DNA of 64,000 nt from an uncultured Planctomycetia bacterium. GTDB taxonomy: Bacteria; Planctomycetota; Planctomycetia; Pirellulales; Thermoguttaceae. Position numbers and translations under genes: made by a program. Location of the stretch: positions 19,704-83,703 of the forward strand of contig CAVPVK010000010.1 in the NCBI GenBank assembly GCA_963709175.1. Direction: 5' to 3'. The notes under the pieces were generated by a model. The model worked only from the letters and a program-made list of their open reading frames with translations. It did not search any database and was not told the DNA's origin. Positions 11,542 to 23,398 of the stretch are shown piece by piece (the stretch's first letter is position 1; each line of letters starts with the position of its first letter).

Positions 11542-12554
11542 GTGCCGCCGCGATTGTGGCGGATTCACTCTCGTCGAGCTTCTCGTGGTGATTACAGTCA
11601 TCGGGATCCTCATCGCGCTGCTGTTACCGGCAGCCAATGCCGCTCGAGAGGGCGCCCGCCGCGTGCAATGCGCCAACAACTTGCGACAGATTGCCTTGGC
11701 CTCCCAAGCATACGGTGAGGCCCACGGCACCTTCCCGGCGGGCGGCGTCCAGTCCAAGATGAGCGAGACCACTGATCCAATGGCCAATCTCAACGGCTGG
11801 AACCGTCCCACTGGGCAGGATTTTTCTAATAACTTCACGTGGCCAACCCTGATCCTGCCCTATATTGATCAAGAGACCGTCTATCGCATGTACGATTTCA
11901 GCCAACCGCAAGTGGGCGAAGTGAATTCCTTGGCCCGTTCGCAAGCAGTGCTGGCCTATGTCTGCCCCGACGACAGACTGCAAATCAACGAGCCCAAACC
12001 GGGGCAACTGGGGGCGACGCCCACGCAGGGTGTGGGAAACTGGGACGTCTACTCCCGCATGCGGTTGAACTACGTTGCCAACTACGGCAACACCGGCTAC
12101 AGTCAGACCGATTTAAACGGCGTGACCTTCTTGGGCGGGTTCTTTACCAACGGCAAGGGCTACACGACCGCGGAGATCGCCGACGGCGCGTCCAACACGC
12201 TGGCCTTCAGCGAGTGCCTGTCCGCTCACGGACCGGAATACTGGGGGCCGCCGGGCGATGGCATGCTGGCGGAAGGCGGCCAGGCCTTCGAAGGCTACCT
12301 GACGCCGAATTCCTCGGCCCCCGACGTAGTTTGCAACATTTGTCCGCAGTCGCGGGCCATTCCCGCAGGCTGTGTGGTCTCGATGGTCGATGCGCAACAA
12401 TACTCGGCCGCGCGCAGCGCCCACCCGACCGGTGTGAATCTGCGCCTTCGGCGACGCGAGCATGCGGTTCATCAGCAACTTCATTGATATCAATACCTGG
12501 CGCGCGCTCTGCTCGTCGCGTGGCGGCGAGTCGATCGATTCCTCCAAATACTGA
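11542..12554 (+). CDS. DUF1559 / prepilin-type N-terminal cleavage-methylation domain protein (planctomycete pseudopilin-like); start uncertain, 1 frameshift near 12440
   Basis: GFTLVELLVVITVIGILIALLLPAANAAREGARRVQCANNLRQIALA at 11561 onward is the type IV pilin-like leader and helix typical of DUF1559. After a 1-nt shift the C terminus reads HPTGVNL/AFGDASMRFISNFIDINTWRALCSSRGGESIDSSKY, with the stop at 12552-12554. As assembled it is in frame with the upstream PEP-CTERM protein. Confidence 0.8.
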
Positions 12555-12562
12555 GCCCGCCC

Positions 12563-13006
12563 GTGAATACTTACAACTTGTCAGACTGGACTGTCCCGCG
12601 AAACCGGCTGGTTATCGCTTACCTGGCTGCCCTGGTGCTGCCGACCGCCGCAGGATGCGGACAGGGCCCGAAGTACGCCACGGCAACGGTCTCCGGACAC
12701 ATCGCGATCGACGGCCAGCCGGTGCCCCGGGGGGCGGTGACCTTTTCGCCCATGACAGGCACGTCCGGAGCTGTCGTCGGCGGCGAAATCAAGACGGGGG
12801 AGTACCGTTGCGACGGCGTTCCGTTGGGGAAGCTGAACGTGACGTTCGTCGCCCAAGCGGCCAAACTGGTGCCTTTCGTCGAGAAGGCCACCGGCCAAAC
12901 CCGCCAGGTCCCCAAAGACATCCTGCCAGCACGCTATGCCAACGGTATCACTGTGGAAATCACCGGCAATCGTTCCGATCTGAATTTCGACCTCAAACAT
13001 GAATAA
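12563..13006 (+). CDS. Small lipoprotein (carboxypeptidase-regulatory-like beta-sandwich), the usual partner of DUF1559 genes
   Basis: GTG start, then a signal peptide with a lipobox (LVLPTAAGC). The 147-aa protein (TVSGHIAIDGQPVPRGAVTFSP..GEYRCDGVPLGKLNVTF) sits 9 nt after the DUF1559 stop. Confidence 0.7.
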   Translation: MNTYNLSDWTVPRNRLVIAYLAALVLPTAAGCGQGPKYATATVSGHIAIDGQPVPRGAVTFSPMTGTSGAVVGGEIKTGEYRCDGVPLGKLNVTFVAQAAKLVPFVEKATGQTRQVPKDILPARYANGITVEITGNRSDLNFDLKHE

Positions 13007-13036
13007 GGAGCCCTGACGAAACTGGGTAAAACTTCC

Positions 13037-14911
13037 ATGAGAACAATCTTGCTATCGTTCACCGGGTTAATTGCCCTGGGTCTCATGTCCGCGGCCTCGG
13101 TTCGAGCCGCCGACGACGTCGTCCTGGCCGATTTCGAGGGCCCCGATTACGGCGACTGGAAAGCCACGGGAACCGCCTTCGGCACGGGCCCCGCCCACGG
13201 CACGCTGCCCAACCAGCAAGCCGTAACGGGATTCCTAGGCAAGGGCCTGGTCAACACCTACTTGAATGGCGATGCCTCGACCGGCACGCTCACCTCTCCG
13301 GCCTTCAAGATCGAGCGCAAGTTCCTCAACTTCCTCATTGGCGGAGGGGCCCACGAAGGCGAGACATGCGTCAATCTGCTCGTTGATGGCAAGGTCGTTC
13401 GCACATCGACCGGCAACGACGACGAGCGGCTCGACTGGTGCACATGGAACCTCAGCGAACTGGCCGGCAAGCAGGCTCGCATCGAGATCGTCGATCGCGC
13501 CAGCGGAGGCTGGGGACACATCAACGTCGATCAGATCGTCATGAGCGACCAGGCCCGCGTTCCGCCCGCGAAGCCGGCAAAACTCTACGACGAACGCTAC
13601 CGGCCCCAGTTCCATTTCAGTCCCATGAAGAACTGGACCAATGATCCCAACGGGATGATGTTCTATAAAGGCGAGTACCATTTATTCTTCCAGCACAATC
13701 CCTCCGGCAAGAACTGGGGCAATATGACCTGGGGGCATGCCGTCAGTCCCGACATGTTCCATTGGACACAGCTCGACCATGCCATCCATCCCGACAAGTT
13801 GGGCACGATCTTCTCCGGTTCCGGAGTGGTCGACGAGGACAACACGGCCGGTTTCCAGAAAGGCAAGGAGAAGACCCTGGTCTGCATCTTCACTTCGGCG
13901 GGCAATCCCTTCACGCAGTCGATCGCCTACAGCAACGACCGCGGCCGAACTTGGGCCAAGTACGCTGGCAACCCGGTGCTCAGGCACATCGCAGGCGATA
14001 ACCGCGACCCCAAGGTCTTCTGGCACGCCGCGAGCAAGAAGTGGATCATGGCCCTTTTCCTCGACGGAAACACGTACGCATTATTCTCCTCGCCGAATCT
14101 TAAACAATGGTCAAAACTGTGCGACGTGCCTATGCCCGGCTCCGGCGAATGTCCTGATTTCTTTCCCTTGCCCGTTGACGACGACGCGGCGAAGGTGAAA
14201 TGGGTTTTCTGGGGGGCCAACAACAACTACATGCTGGGCAGCTTCGACGGCCAATGCTTCCACAAGGAGGCTGGCCCGCTTCCCAGCCATTTCGGCGCCA
14301 ACCGCTATGCGGCGCAAACCTTCAGCGGAATTCCCCCAGAAGACGGCCGTCGCATCCAGATCGCTTGGATGGCCGGCGGACAGTATCCCGGCATGCCGTT
14401 CAACCAGCAGATGTCGCTGCCCGTCGGGTTGACGCTGCGGACATTCCCCGAAGGCGTTCGCCTTTGCACCCTGCCCGTCCGCGAGGTGGACCGTCTGCAC
14501 GCGGGCGAGAAGTTCACTTTCAGCGGCCAGTTGAAGCCGGGCGACAATCCGCTGCAGGCAGTGCGCGGTGAATTGTTCGATATCAACCTGGCGGCCGAAC
14601 CGGGCACGGCCGGGGAAATTGTGCTGACGGTCCGTGGCACGCCGATTCGCTTCAATGTCAAGACCCGCCAGCTTTCCTGCCTGGGTCGGACGGCGACGAT
14701 CGAACTGATCGATGGCCGCCTGGCCCTGCGAGTGCTCGTGGACCGCTCGTCGATCGAGATCTTCACGGCCGACGGCCGCGCCAACCTGGCTTTTTGCTTC
14801 CTGCCACCTGTCGACAACCAGACCTTGTCTCTTTCCTGCGTCGGCGGAAACGCGGCAATCGTCCATTTGGACGACTGGCGCATGGCATCGACCTGGCCCA
14901 AGTCGGAGTAG
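13037..14911 (+). CDS. Secreted glycoside hydrolase family 32 (levanase/inulinase/invertase-type) with an N-terminal accessory beta-sandwich domain
   Basis: Intact 624-aa ORF with a signal peptide (MRTILLSFTGLIALGLMSAASVRA). GH32 motifs are WTNDPNGMMFYKGEYHLFFQHNP, RDPKVFW and ECPDFFPL. A roughly 170-aa extra N-terminal domain precedes the catalytic domain. Confidence 0.9.
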   Translation: MRTILLSFTGLIALGLMSAASVRAADDVVLADFEGPDYGDWKATGTAFGTGPAHGTLPNQQAVTGFLGKGLVNTYLNGDASTGTLTSPAFKIERKFLNFLIGGGAHEGETCVNLLVDGKVVRTSTGNDDERLDWCTWNLSELAGKQARIEIVDRASGGWGHINVDQIVMSDQARVPPAKPAKLYDERYRPQFHFSPMKNWTNDPNGMMFYKGEYHLFFQHNPSGKNWGNMTWGHAVSPDMFHWTQLDHAIHPDKLGTIFSGSGVVDEDNTAGFQKGKEKTLVCIFTSAGNPFTQSIAYSNDRGRTWAKYAGNPVLRHIAGDNRDPKVFWHAASKKWIMALFLDGNTYALFSSPNLKQWSKLCDVPMPGSGECPDFFPLPVDDDAAKVKWVFWGANNNYMLGSFDGQCFHKEAGPLPSHFGANRYAAQTFSGIPPEDGRRIQIAWMAGGQYPGMPFNQQMSLPVGLTLRTFPEGVRLCTLPVREVDRLHAGEKFTFSGQLKPGDNPLQAVRGELFDINLAAEPGTAGEIVLTVRGTPIRFNVKTRQLSCLGRTATIELIDGRLALRVLVDRSSIEIFTADGRANLAFCFLPPVDNQTLSLSCVGGNAAIVHLDDWRMASTWPKSE

Positions 14912-14918
14912 GCAATTC

Positions 14919-16251
14919 ATGAGATTTCGCGTCTTTTTATGGTCCGTTACTTCGGCCCTGGCCGGATTCCTATTCGGCTTCGACACGGTCGTCATCTCCG
15001 GCGCGGAGCAGACGATCCAGGCGCTCTGGAGCTTGAGCGCCAGCGTCCACGGGCTGGCGATGGGTTCGGCGCTCTACGGCACCGTGGTCGGATCGCTGCT
15101 GGGCGGCTGGCCCACGGACCGATTTGGCCGCAAGCGAACGTTGCTGTTTATCGGCCTGCTCTACATCCTTTCCGCCGTGGGCTGCGGCTTGGCCGATGGG
15201 GTGGGCATGTTCATCGCGGCCCGCTTCATCGGCGGCCTGGGCATCGGCGTCTCCACAGTCGTGGCCCCCCTCTACATTTCCGAAATCGCACCGCCGGCTT
15301 ACCGCGGGCGGTTGGCAGGAATGTTCCAGTTCAACATCGTCTTTGGCATCGTTGTGGCCTTCGCATCCAATGCCCTGATCGACCAAATCGGCGGCGACGA
15401 CGCCTGGCGTTGGATGCTGGGGATTGCCGCCGTCCCCTCGCTCGTCTATTCGTTGATGTGCCTTTGCCTGCCGGAAAGCCCGCGCTGGCTGCTTAGCCGT
15501 AAGGGCGACCGCGAGCGGGGCCTTGAGGTCCTGCGATTGATTGAACCGGACGCTTCGCCGGAGCAACTGACAGCACAGGCCGACGAGATCGTGGCGGCGG
15601 CTCGATCTCGAGCAGGCCGTAGCCTCCGGCTTCTGGACATGGCGCCTCCGCGTGCCGATCCTCTTGGCATTTCTGGTGGCCTTCTTTAACCAGCTTTCCG
15701 GCATCAACGCGGTGCTATATTTCGCCCCGCGGATCTTCGAGATGACGGGGCTGGGCAAGAATGCCGCCCTGCTGCAATCGGTCGGCATTGGCGTGACCAA
15801 CCTCATCTTCACCTTTGTGGGCCTGTGGCTCATCGACCGCGTGGGCCGACGGACGCTTCTATACGTCGGCTCGTTCGGCTACATCCTCTCGCTGGGGCTG
15901 ACGGCCTGGGCCTTCTTCACTCAACATTACGGCATCGTACCGGGGTGCATCTTCGCCTTTATCGCCGCGCATGCTGTGGGCCAGGGAACGGTGATCTGGG
16001 TGCTTATTTCCGAGATCTTCCCTAGTCGCCATCGCGCCGAAGGCCAGTCGCTGGGTAGCTTCACCCATTGGATTTTTGCTGCATTGCTGACCAGTTTCTT
16101 CCCGAAGATGGTGGACATCCTGGCACCGGGATATGTTTTCCTGTTCTTCTGCGGGATGATGGTTTTGCAACTGGTGTGGGTTAAGTTGATGGTGCCCGAG
16201 ACCAAGGGTGTTTCCCTGGAAGATATGCAAGAGCGGCTCGGCATCGATTAG
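14919..16251 (+). CDS. MFS sugar porter family transporter (1 frameshift near 15600)
   Basis: The ATG at 14919 lies in ORF 14712-15689 (MRFRVFLWSVTSALAGFLFGFDTVVISGA..GRKRTLLFIGLLY..PESPRWL). It continues in ORF 15652-16251 (FNQLSGINAVLYFAPRIF..PETKGVSLEDMQ). These are classic sugar-porter signatures. Confidence 0.85.
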
Positions 16252-16324
16252 AAATCGTGCGGTGCGCTGGCCGACATAATGACGCAGCATCTTGGGCAGC
16301 CGCGGACGACATGGACAAATTATT

Positions 16325-17368
16325 ATGGAAATAGCAAAAGATAGAACCGATCAACCACTTGTCATCGGACTGGGCGAGGTCCTCTGGGACATCTTACCGA
16401 CAGGACGCCAGTTCGGCGGGGCGCCGGTCAACTTTGCCTATCATGCAGCGCAATGCGGGGCGATGTCTCACGCCGTCAGCGCTGTGGGCGACGACCCCCT
16501 GGGCCGCGAAATCCTCGCGCACCTCGATTCCTTGGGGATTCTGCGGCCGCACGTCGCTGTGGACTCCAAGCATCCCACGGGCACAGTCACTGTCGCCCTC
16601 GACACCGAGGGTAAGCCGCGCTACTCCATCCATGAGGACGTCGCGTGGGATTACATTCCCACCACTCCGTCGCTGCTGGAACTGGCTGGGCGGGCCGAGG
16701 CGGTATGCTTCGGCACGCTGGCACAGCGATCGGCCATTTCCCGCCAAACCGTCCGGCAAGTGTTGGCCGCTGTGCCGCGGACTTGCCTGCGGGTGTTCGA
16801 CATCAATTTGCGCCTCGACTACTTCAGCGCCGAAATCCTGGAAGAGGGTCTGCGGAACTGCGACGTGCTGAAACTGAACGACGAGGAATTGCCGGTGGTC
16901 GCCCGCCTTTTGGCCATCCCGGGAAGTGAGAAGTGCGTCATGAAGGGCTTGTTGGACCGGTATGGCCTGACGTTGGCTGTCCTGACCAAAGGCAGCAATG
17001 GCTCGCTGCTCGTCGGCCGCGACGGCAGCGCGGTCCACTCGGGCGTGCCAACCGAGGTGGTGGACACCGTGGGAGCGGGCGACGCTTTCACGGCCGCCGT
17101 AACCATGGGACTCTTGCGCGGCGCCGACCTCGACGCCATCAGCGAACACGCCAATTGCCTGGCCAGCTACGTATGCAGCCGCAGCGGCGCGACGCCGGCA
17201 ATGCCCGCGAGCGATCATCGCGCCGACGCCATGCACAGCGGGCTGGACCGCTCGTCTGCAGCCATCGGAGTGCGGCGCGATTCTGGGCCGGCAGGTCAGC
17301 GGATGGGGAAGTCGATCGTGCCACCCTTGCGAGGCTCGATCCGCGACGTGCCACCGCCCGGCAGATGA
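16325..17368 (+). CDS. PfkB-family carbohydrate kinase, probable fructokinase
   Basis: MEIAKDRTDQPLVIGLGEVLWDILPTGRQFGGAPVNFAYHAA at the N terminus and VDTVGAGDAFTAAVTMGLL (the PfkB ATP-site motif). The likely start is the ATG at 16325 within ORF 16292-17368. The C-terminal approximately 50 aa overlap the convergent gene and may be read-through caused by an indel. Confidence 0.8.
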   Translation: MEIAKDRTDQPLVIGLGEVLWDILPTGRQFGGAPVNFAYHAAQCGAMSHAVSAVGDDPLGREILAHLDSLGILRPHVAVDSKHPTGTVTVALDTEGKPRYSIHEDVAWDYIPTTPSLLELAGRAEAVCFGTLAQRSAISRQTVRQVLAAVPRTCLRVFDINLRLDYFSAEILEEGLRNCDVLKLNDEELPVVARLLAIPGSEKCVMKGLLDRYGLTLAVLTKGSNGSLLVGRDGSAVHSGVPTEVVDTVGAGDAFTAAVTMGLLRGADLDAISEHANCLASYVCSRSGATPAMPASDHRADAMHSGLDRSSAAIGVRRDSGPAGQRMGKSIVPPLRGSIRDVPPPGR

Positions 17369-19390
17369 ACCACAATGGCTTCGCAGTTCTCCGCCACCGG
17401 TTGGACGTCAAGCGTGGCGGTCTTGCCATCGCCCCGCACCTGAACCGTGAGATGCAACGGACCGAAGGGCGTGGCCACCCCACGCAGCCGCGTGACCATG
17501 CCCGGCTTAAGCCATTGGGCGGGCATGCCTTCCAAAAGGTGCAATTCGTCGCCGCGATCCAACTCGATCAGATGGATCGCCAGGCGGATGAACTCGGCAC
17601 TGGCCCAGTTATGCGGCATGTCTCCGACTTTTCGGAAAGGCTGGCCCTTGAGCGACTGCTCCTCACGCCAGTCGAGCACGGGAGAGGCGTGGTTGGCAAA
17701 GGCATATAGTATCTCAGCCGCCTTCCGCCCATTACCCTGCCATAACCAGGCGTGGCCGTAAAACGATGCAAAGTAGTTCCAGATGCCGGTAGCATCCCAG
17801 CCAGTGCCGTAGACCATTCCTTCTCGCTCGGTCGCCGCCAGCATGCCCAGATTGCCGGTCACCAGCGGATCGTCCTGGGCGAAGAGTTGCCCTGGATAGA
17901 CCCCATGGCAAAATCCCCATTGTGCCCGCTGCGGCAGGTCCTGGCCTTCCATGAGGATCGGCAGGTAGCGGTTGCCCCGGGCGTCAACCTTCATGTCGCG
18001 GGCGGCCGCCTTGCGGAAGGCTGCCAGAAAATCGTCGTATTCTCCCTGCCACTCCGCCGCCTCTTCGGCCTTGCCCAGCCAGCGGGCGGCCTGGACCCAG
18101 GCCCGCAGACCCAGCAGGTTCCAATAGACGTTAGTGTACTCCAAGCGAACGCCGCCGATGCCGCCGTCGGGAAAGCCGGGCGGCTGCAAGCCGTCGTCAA
18201 GCGGCGAGGCGTTCTGCAGCGTTTGCCGGCGGAGCACGCGGATGTACTCGGCGATCCGCCGCAGCCGCGGCCAAACGGATGCCAGCCACTTTTTGTCCTG
18301 CGTGAGCTGGGCGTGGCGGAGACACGTCCACAGCACAATGCCGTTCTCTTTCCAATAGTTCGACATCACCTCGATGCGGCCATCAGGCTTCTGGTGCGTC
18401 AGCTCGTAGGCCACGCCGTTGCGGGCCTGGTCGCCGGCGCCGAGTATCGCCGCCGTCTCCAGCAGAAATGCGCCATCGACGATCCACAGGCCGCGGTAGC
18501 ACGTCGGCCCAACCTGGAAGGCCGGCAGGCCGCCCTTAATTTCCCGCGCCTGCCAGATGTTGCGGATTGAGGAATCGATCAACGCCTGAATTCCAGCGTC
18601 CGGTACTTCGACCCGCCCAAACGGCAACGATACCCTTTCCCAATACGCCATGGCGCGATCGCGGGCCGCTTCGGCCTGTTGAACGGTTCTTGGCCGGGCC
18701 GCCATTTCACCGCCGCCGCAGACCACCAAGAAGCTTGCACTCCCTCCGCCGGGCACGGTCATGGCTTCCAAAGGAATCTCTTTCGCAAATTCGCCCGCGG
18801 CCATTTTCAAGGAGCAGGTGACCAACTCGCCGTGGTTGACCACAACGTGATCCTCTTGGCGCTCGCGCCAAACGCCGTGTCAACAATCAACCGCGGCTGC
18901 AACGTTTGCGGACGCCCGTCAAGGTTTTTGACGCGAACGAGGATCACGTCGTAGCGGGCGTGGCCGTCCAGGGCAGCCGCGTTCGCGCCGGGCGTTACGG
19001 CAAAGGCCTGCTCGACGATCTCCCACTGCGTTGCGTTGACCGGCCCTTTCGCGGTCCAACAGGTTTTGACGATGGGTGCCCGCGGAGTGAGCAACTCCTG
19101 TTTCTGCCAAACGGCATTTTCGGCGAGTTTGACTCCGATCCGCGTGCCGAACTCGCGTCCGCCCTGGTTAAAGTCGTAGAGCAGATCGCCGCGATTGTCG
19201 ACGAGCGACTTTTGCGGGTCGTCCGGCAAGCAGATCGCCGCCTGCCACTCCGGCGGAGCGTAGCGGAAATCCACTACGGAAGGAGCGGCGGCCGCGCGGA
19301 AATCCCAGCCAAAACCACGCAGGCAACTACGAATCCGACACGTTCCGCGTGCCGCATACGACTTGTTTCACGCCAATTGAGGCGATTCAT
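17296..19390 (-). CDS. Secreted six-hairpin (alpha/alpha)6 glycosidase-like protein, GH15-like fold (2 frameshifts)
   Basis: ORFs 17296-18843 and 18807-19274 plus an N-terminal signal segment in a third frame (ATG 19390: MNRLNWRETSRMRHAERVGFVVACVVLAGISA). Toroid-like motifs include CYRGLWIVDGAFLLETAAILG and YWKENGIVLWTCLRHAQL. The family assignment is tentative. Confidence 0.55.
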
Positions 19391-19399
19391 CACATGGCC

Positions 19400-20791
<1,392 letters not shown>

Positions 20792-20827
20792 GGTGGGATT
20801 TAAGTGAGTGGGGAATCGGATTGGTTC

Positions 20828-21735
20828 TTACCTGGGTGCGTCGCCCGAGCCGAGCGTGACGCGATACTTCAACGTCAGCGGTTTGCCAGGCTCGAGGGTA
20901 AACGGCTTCAGCCCTGGCCACGACACGTTGAGGAATCCAAATCCATGTCGCAGCAGCCAGCCGTTGTTCGGATAGCCGGGGTTTCCTTCCATGTCGTCGA
21001 TGCGCCCCCAGGCCGGCTTTCCATGGAAGACGCCCGCCACCTCGGTCCAGCGATGCTTTGCCAGCACGCCGTCCTTGGGCGACGGGCCCTTCTCGGTGTG
21101 GATGGCGGTCTTTGTCGCGCCGCCGTCGCGGGCGCAAAGCGGAAGCAAAAGCCGCCGAAACCTTTCTTGCCCTCCGACGTGCCGACGATCCGCACCGGTC
21201 GGTCGATGGCATCAAACACCAGCGTGAAATCGATTGTTCGCCGCGCATCGACCGTCGCCGGTCGTTCCACGCGGTGGACGACAATCTCTACGTGCTCCTT
21301 AACGAAGCGGCGTTCACCATCGAACCAGCCGTTCTCCACGGCCAGCTTCGCCGTCTCCGCCGTCGTCTCACGGGCCTCCCATCGCACGAACCGTTGCTTG
21401 AAATTCTTCACGGTCCAGATATCTCCATTGCGGCCGTCGACCGTAACATCGGGCCACATCCACGAGATACCGCGGTGATGCGGGTGGTCCGGATTAAAGT
21501 CGTCGGTCAGCACTGTGCCATCCGGGCCATACACGGGATGCAGGTAGCATGATCGCTCCATCGCCTTGGGAAAGCCGGGGGCCAGTACCATGCCGAAATT
21601 ATAAACGAAAACCGGCTGCCCGCCGTCGCTGAGCCGCAATGCGCTGGGGCTGATCTCCTGGAATGTGAATTCCGTTTTCGCTTCCCGCGCGGAAAGGGTC
21701 GAGGCGGCGAGGAGTAGGGCATAGGCGCAGTTCAT
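20828..21735 (-). CDS. PmoA-family (DUF6807-like) protein commonly paired with Gfo/Idh/MocA oxidoreductases (1 frameshift near 21125)
   Basis: ORF 20908-21735 (signal peptide, CYLHPVYGPDGTVLTDDFNPDHPHHRGISWMW) joins ORF 20828-21148 (GNPGYPNNGWLLRHGFGFLNVSWPG). The family call is from my memory of the conserved DHPHHRG motif. Confidence 0.6.
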
Positions 21736-21826
21736 GGTCGCTCCAGCGGGCGTGATAGTTCTAACGGCGAGTTCCCAGAATCGCCTTCGAGTCTAGGCGA
21801 AAACCAGGCGTTTGTCAATTAATCAG

Positions 21827-22174
21827 CTAGTCGTCGATCTCGATGCTTTCCAGCAGCAGTTCCCGTCCCTCTTCGATGACGATGGCCGGACTGCCGCACT
21901 GCGGGCAGTCAATCACCAATTCGGTGATCTCGCTGGCAGCGCCGCATTGGCTGCAGCGGGAAATCGCCGGCGGCTGGCGAATGAGAAGTTCGGCTCCTGC
22001 GGCGGCCGTGCCGGGCGATAGTAACTCGAATGCGAACCGCAAGCAGTCGCAGTGGACGCCGGAAAGTCTTCCCACGGCCACGTCCAAGCGTTTCACGGCG
22101 CCGCGCTGTCCGGCACGTTCGAGTTCCGCGCCGACCTGTTCGATCAACGCTTCCGCAATCGCCAACTCGTGCAT
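21827..22174 (-). CDS. hypA: Hydrogenase nickel-insertion protein HypA
   Basis: 115 aa with an MHELAIAEALIE N terminus and two CxxC pairs (CSQCG..CPQCG). Confidence 0.9.
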   Translation of the reverse strand: MHELAIAEALIEQVGAELERAGQRGAVKRLDVAVGRLSGVHCDCLRFAFELLSPGTAAAGAELLIRQPPAISRCSQCGAASEITELVIDCPQCGSPAIVIEEGRELLLESIEIDD

Positions 22175-22191
22175 AAATGAATTATATGCAT

Positions 22192-22638
22192 CTAGGCCGC
22201 TGCCAACTGCACGCGGGCGCCTTCCAGGCGATGCGCGAGCAGCTTCGCCACCTCCAGCATCAATTGGTAGCCGAGCCGGGCGTCGTTGCGGCTGAGTTCG
22301 CGAAGCTTTAGCGCGTCCAACAAAACGAGGTCGGTCCTCTGGGTCGTCGTGCCGAAGCCCGTATACAAGTAAGGTTCGATAACGGCGGAGAATCCCAGCA
22401 GGTCGCCGGCCACCAACGTGTCCACCGTCCGCATTTCGCCGTTGCCTAGCAGGTACTGAATATTAACTTCCCCGCAGACAATGATGCCAAGTCGCTTCGC
22501 GGGCTCACCCTCGGCGAAGAGCCGCGTGCCGCCCGGGATCTGCTGTTTCTCCTCGGCGCTCATGGCCAGTTGCCGCAAAGTGGCGTCGTCGACGCCGGCA
22601 AAATACGGATAGCGGCGAAGGATCTCGGGCGAAATCAT
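22192..22638 (-). CDS. Stand-alone cyclic-nucleotide-binding (Crp effector-type) domain protein
   Basis: 148 aa: FAGVDDATLRQLAMSAEEKQQIPGGTRLFAEGEPAKRLGIIVCGEV..GDLLGFSAVIEP. It has no DNA-binding domain. Confidence 0.8.
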   Translation of the reverse strand: MISPEILRRYPYFAGVDDATLRQLAMSAEEKQQIPGGTRLFAEGEPAKRLGIIVCGEVNIQYLLGNGEMRTVDTLVAGDLLGFSAVIEPYLYTGFGTTTQRTDLVLLDALKLRELSRNDARLGYQLMLEVAKLLAHRLEGARVQLAAA

Positions 22639-22699
22639 GGGAATGTGGCTCCGGCTTTGTGGTGGTTGGAGTATGATAAAGTCGTTCGTAGTTCCGGCT

Positions 22700-23221
22700 T
22701 CAGCCGGTCTTCAGGCTCAGATTGCTGCCGACCGCGGGTACGCGCCCAGGCTCGACTGCGGGTGTTCGGTCGAGGAAGTCAAGCACGTCGGCTACGGCCC
22801 GCGGCACGGCGGAGGCTACGGCGGGAGTGCAGGCCTCGCCGAAATTGACGATATCGTCCGCTTCGATTCCCACAAGGAGTATGTCGTCGTCCTGGGGCAG
22901 GTGAAGCTCGGCCTGACGGCCCAAGGCAAGGGCGGTCGGCAGGGTCATGTCGTGCGACGAAGCGCTGCGTTGCGTGGGCATGTCGCCGGGGGCCAGGTGG
23001 TGGATCGTGCCCGGCGCGGCACCGCTCTGGATAGCGTCGATCACGATGGCGCGGTCGTAGCCGACCATCTGCTCCATGAGGCGAAGCCCGCCCCAGTAAT
23101 CCTCGGCGACCTCGACGTCCGCCTGTCCGGCCAGGCGGCTGCGGAGTTCCGCCGCAACGCGCAGGCCGACGCTGTCGTCAGTCACGAGCGGGTTGCCAAG
23201 GCCAATGATGAGGGTGGACAT
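22700..23221 (-). CDS. [NiFe]-hydrogenase maturation endopeptidase (HycI/HoxW/FrhD family)
   Basis: MSTLIIGLGNPLVTDDSVGLRVA..AIVIDAI..SSHDMTLPTAL. The internal Met at 23221 is preferred over the ORF-track start at 23266. Confidence 0.85.
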   Translation of the reverse strand: MSTLIIGLGNPLVTDDSVGLRVAAELRSRLAGQADVEVAEDYWGGLRLMEQMVGYDRAIVIDAIQSGAAPGTIHHLAPGDMPTQRSASSHDMTLPTALALGRQAELHLPQDDDILLVGIEADDIVNFGEACTPAVASAVPRAVADVLDFLDRTPAVEPGRVPAVGSNLSLKTG

Positions 23222-23313
23222 GTGAGGAAAATGGGGGAAAAGAAAATGAATTGATCTTCTTTTCAAAATCTGGGAGTTGAGATTTGAAAATTAGGCAATG
23301 ACAGGAAAATGCC

Positions 23314-23375
23314 GGACAGGAAGATAATCACCATTCGCTCTTAGCCTCAATTCCCCGCACTGTCTCTTCCTGTCC
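23314..23375. repeat. Intercistronic hairpin (GGACAGGAAG / CTTCCTGTCC arms) between mvhA and the protease gene
   Basis: The arms are 23314-23323 and 23366-23375. The flanks have a heptamer-like periodicity (gacagga aaatgcc ggacagg). Confidence 0.5.
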
Positions 23376-23398
23376 CCCATCTTTTCGTCAGCATCTTT

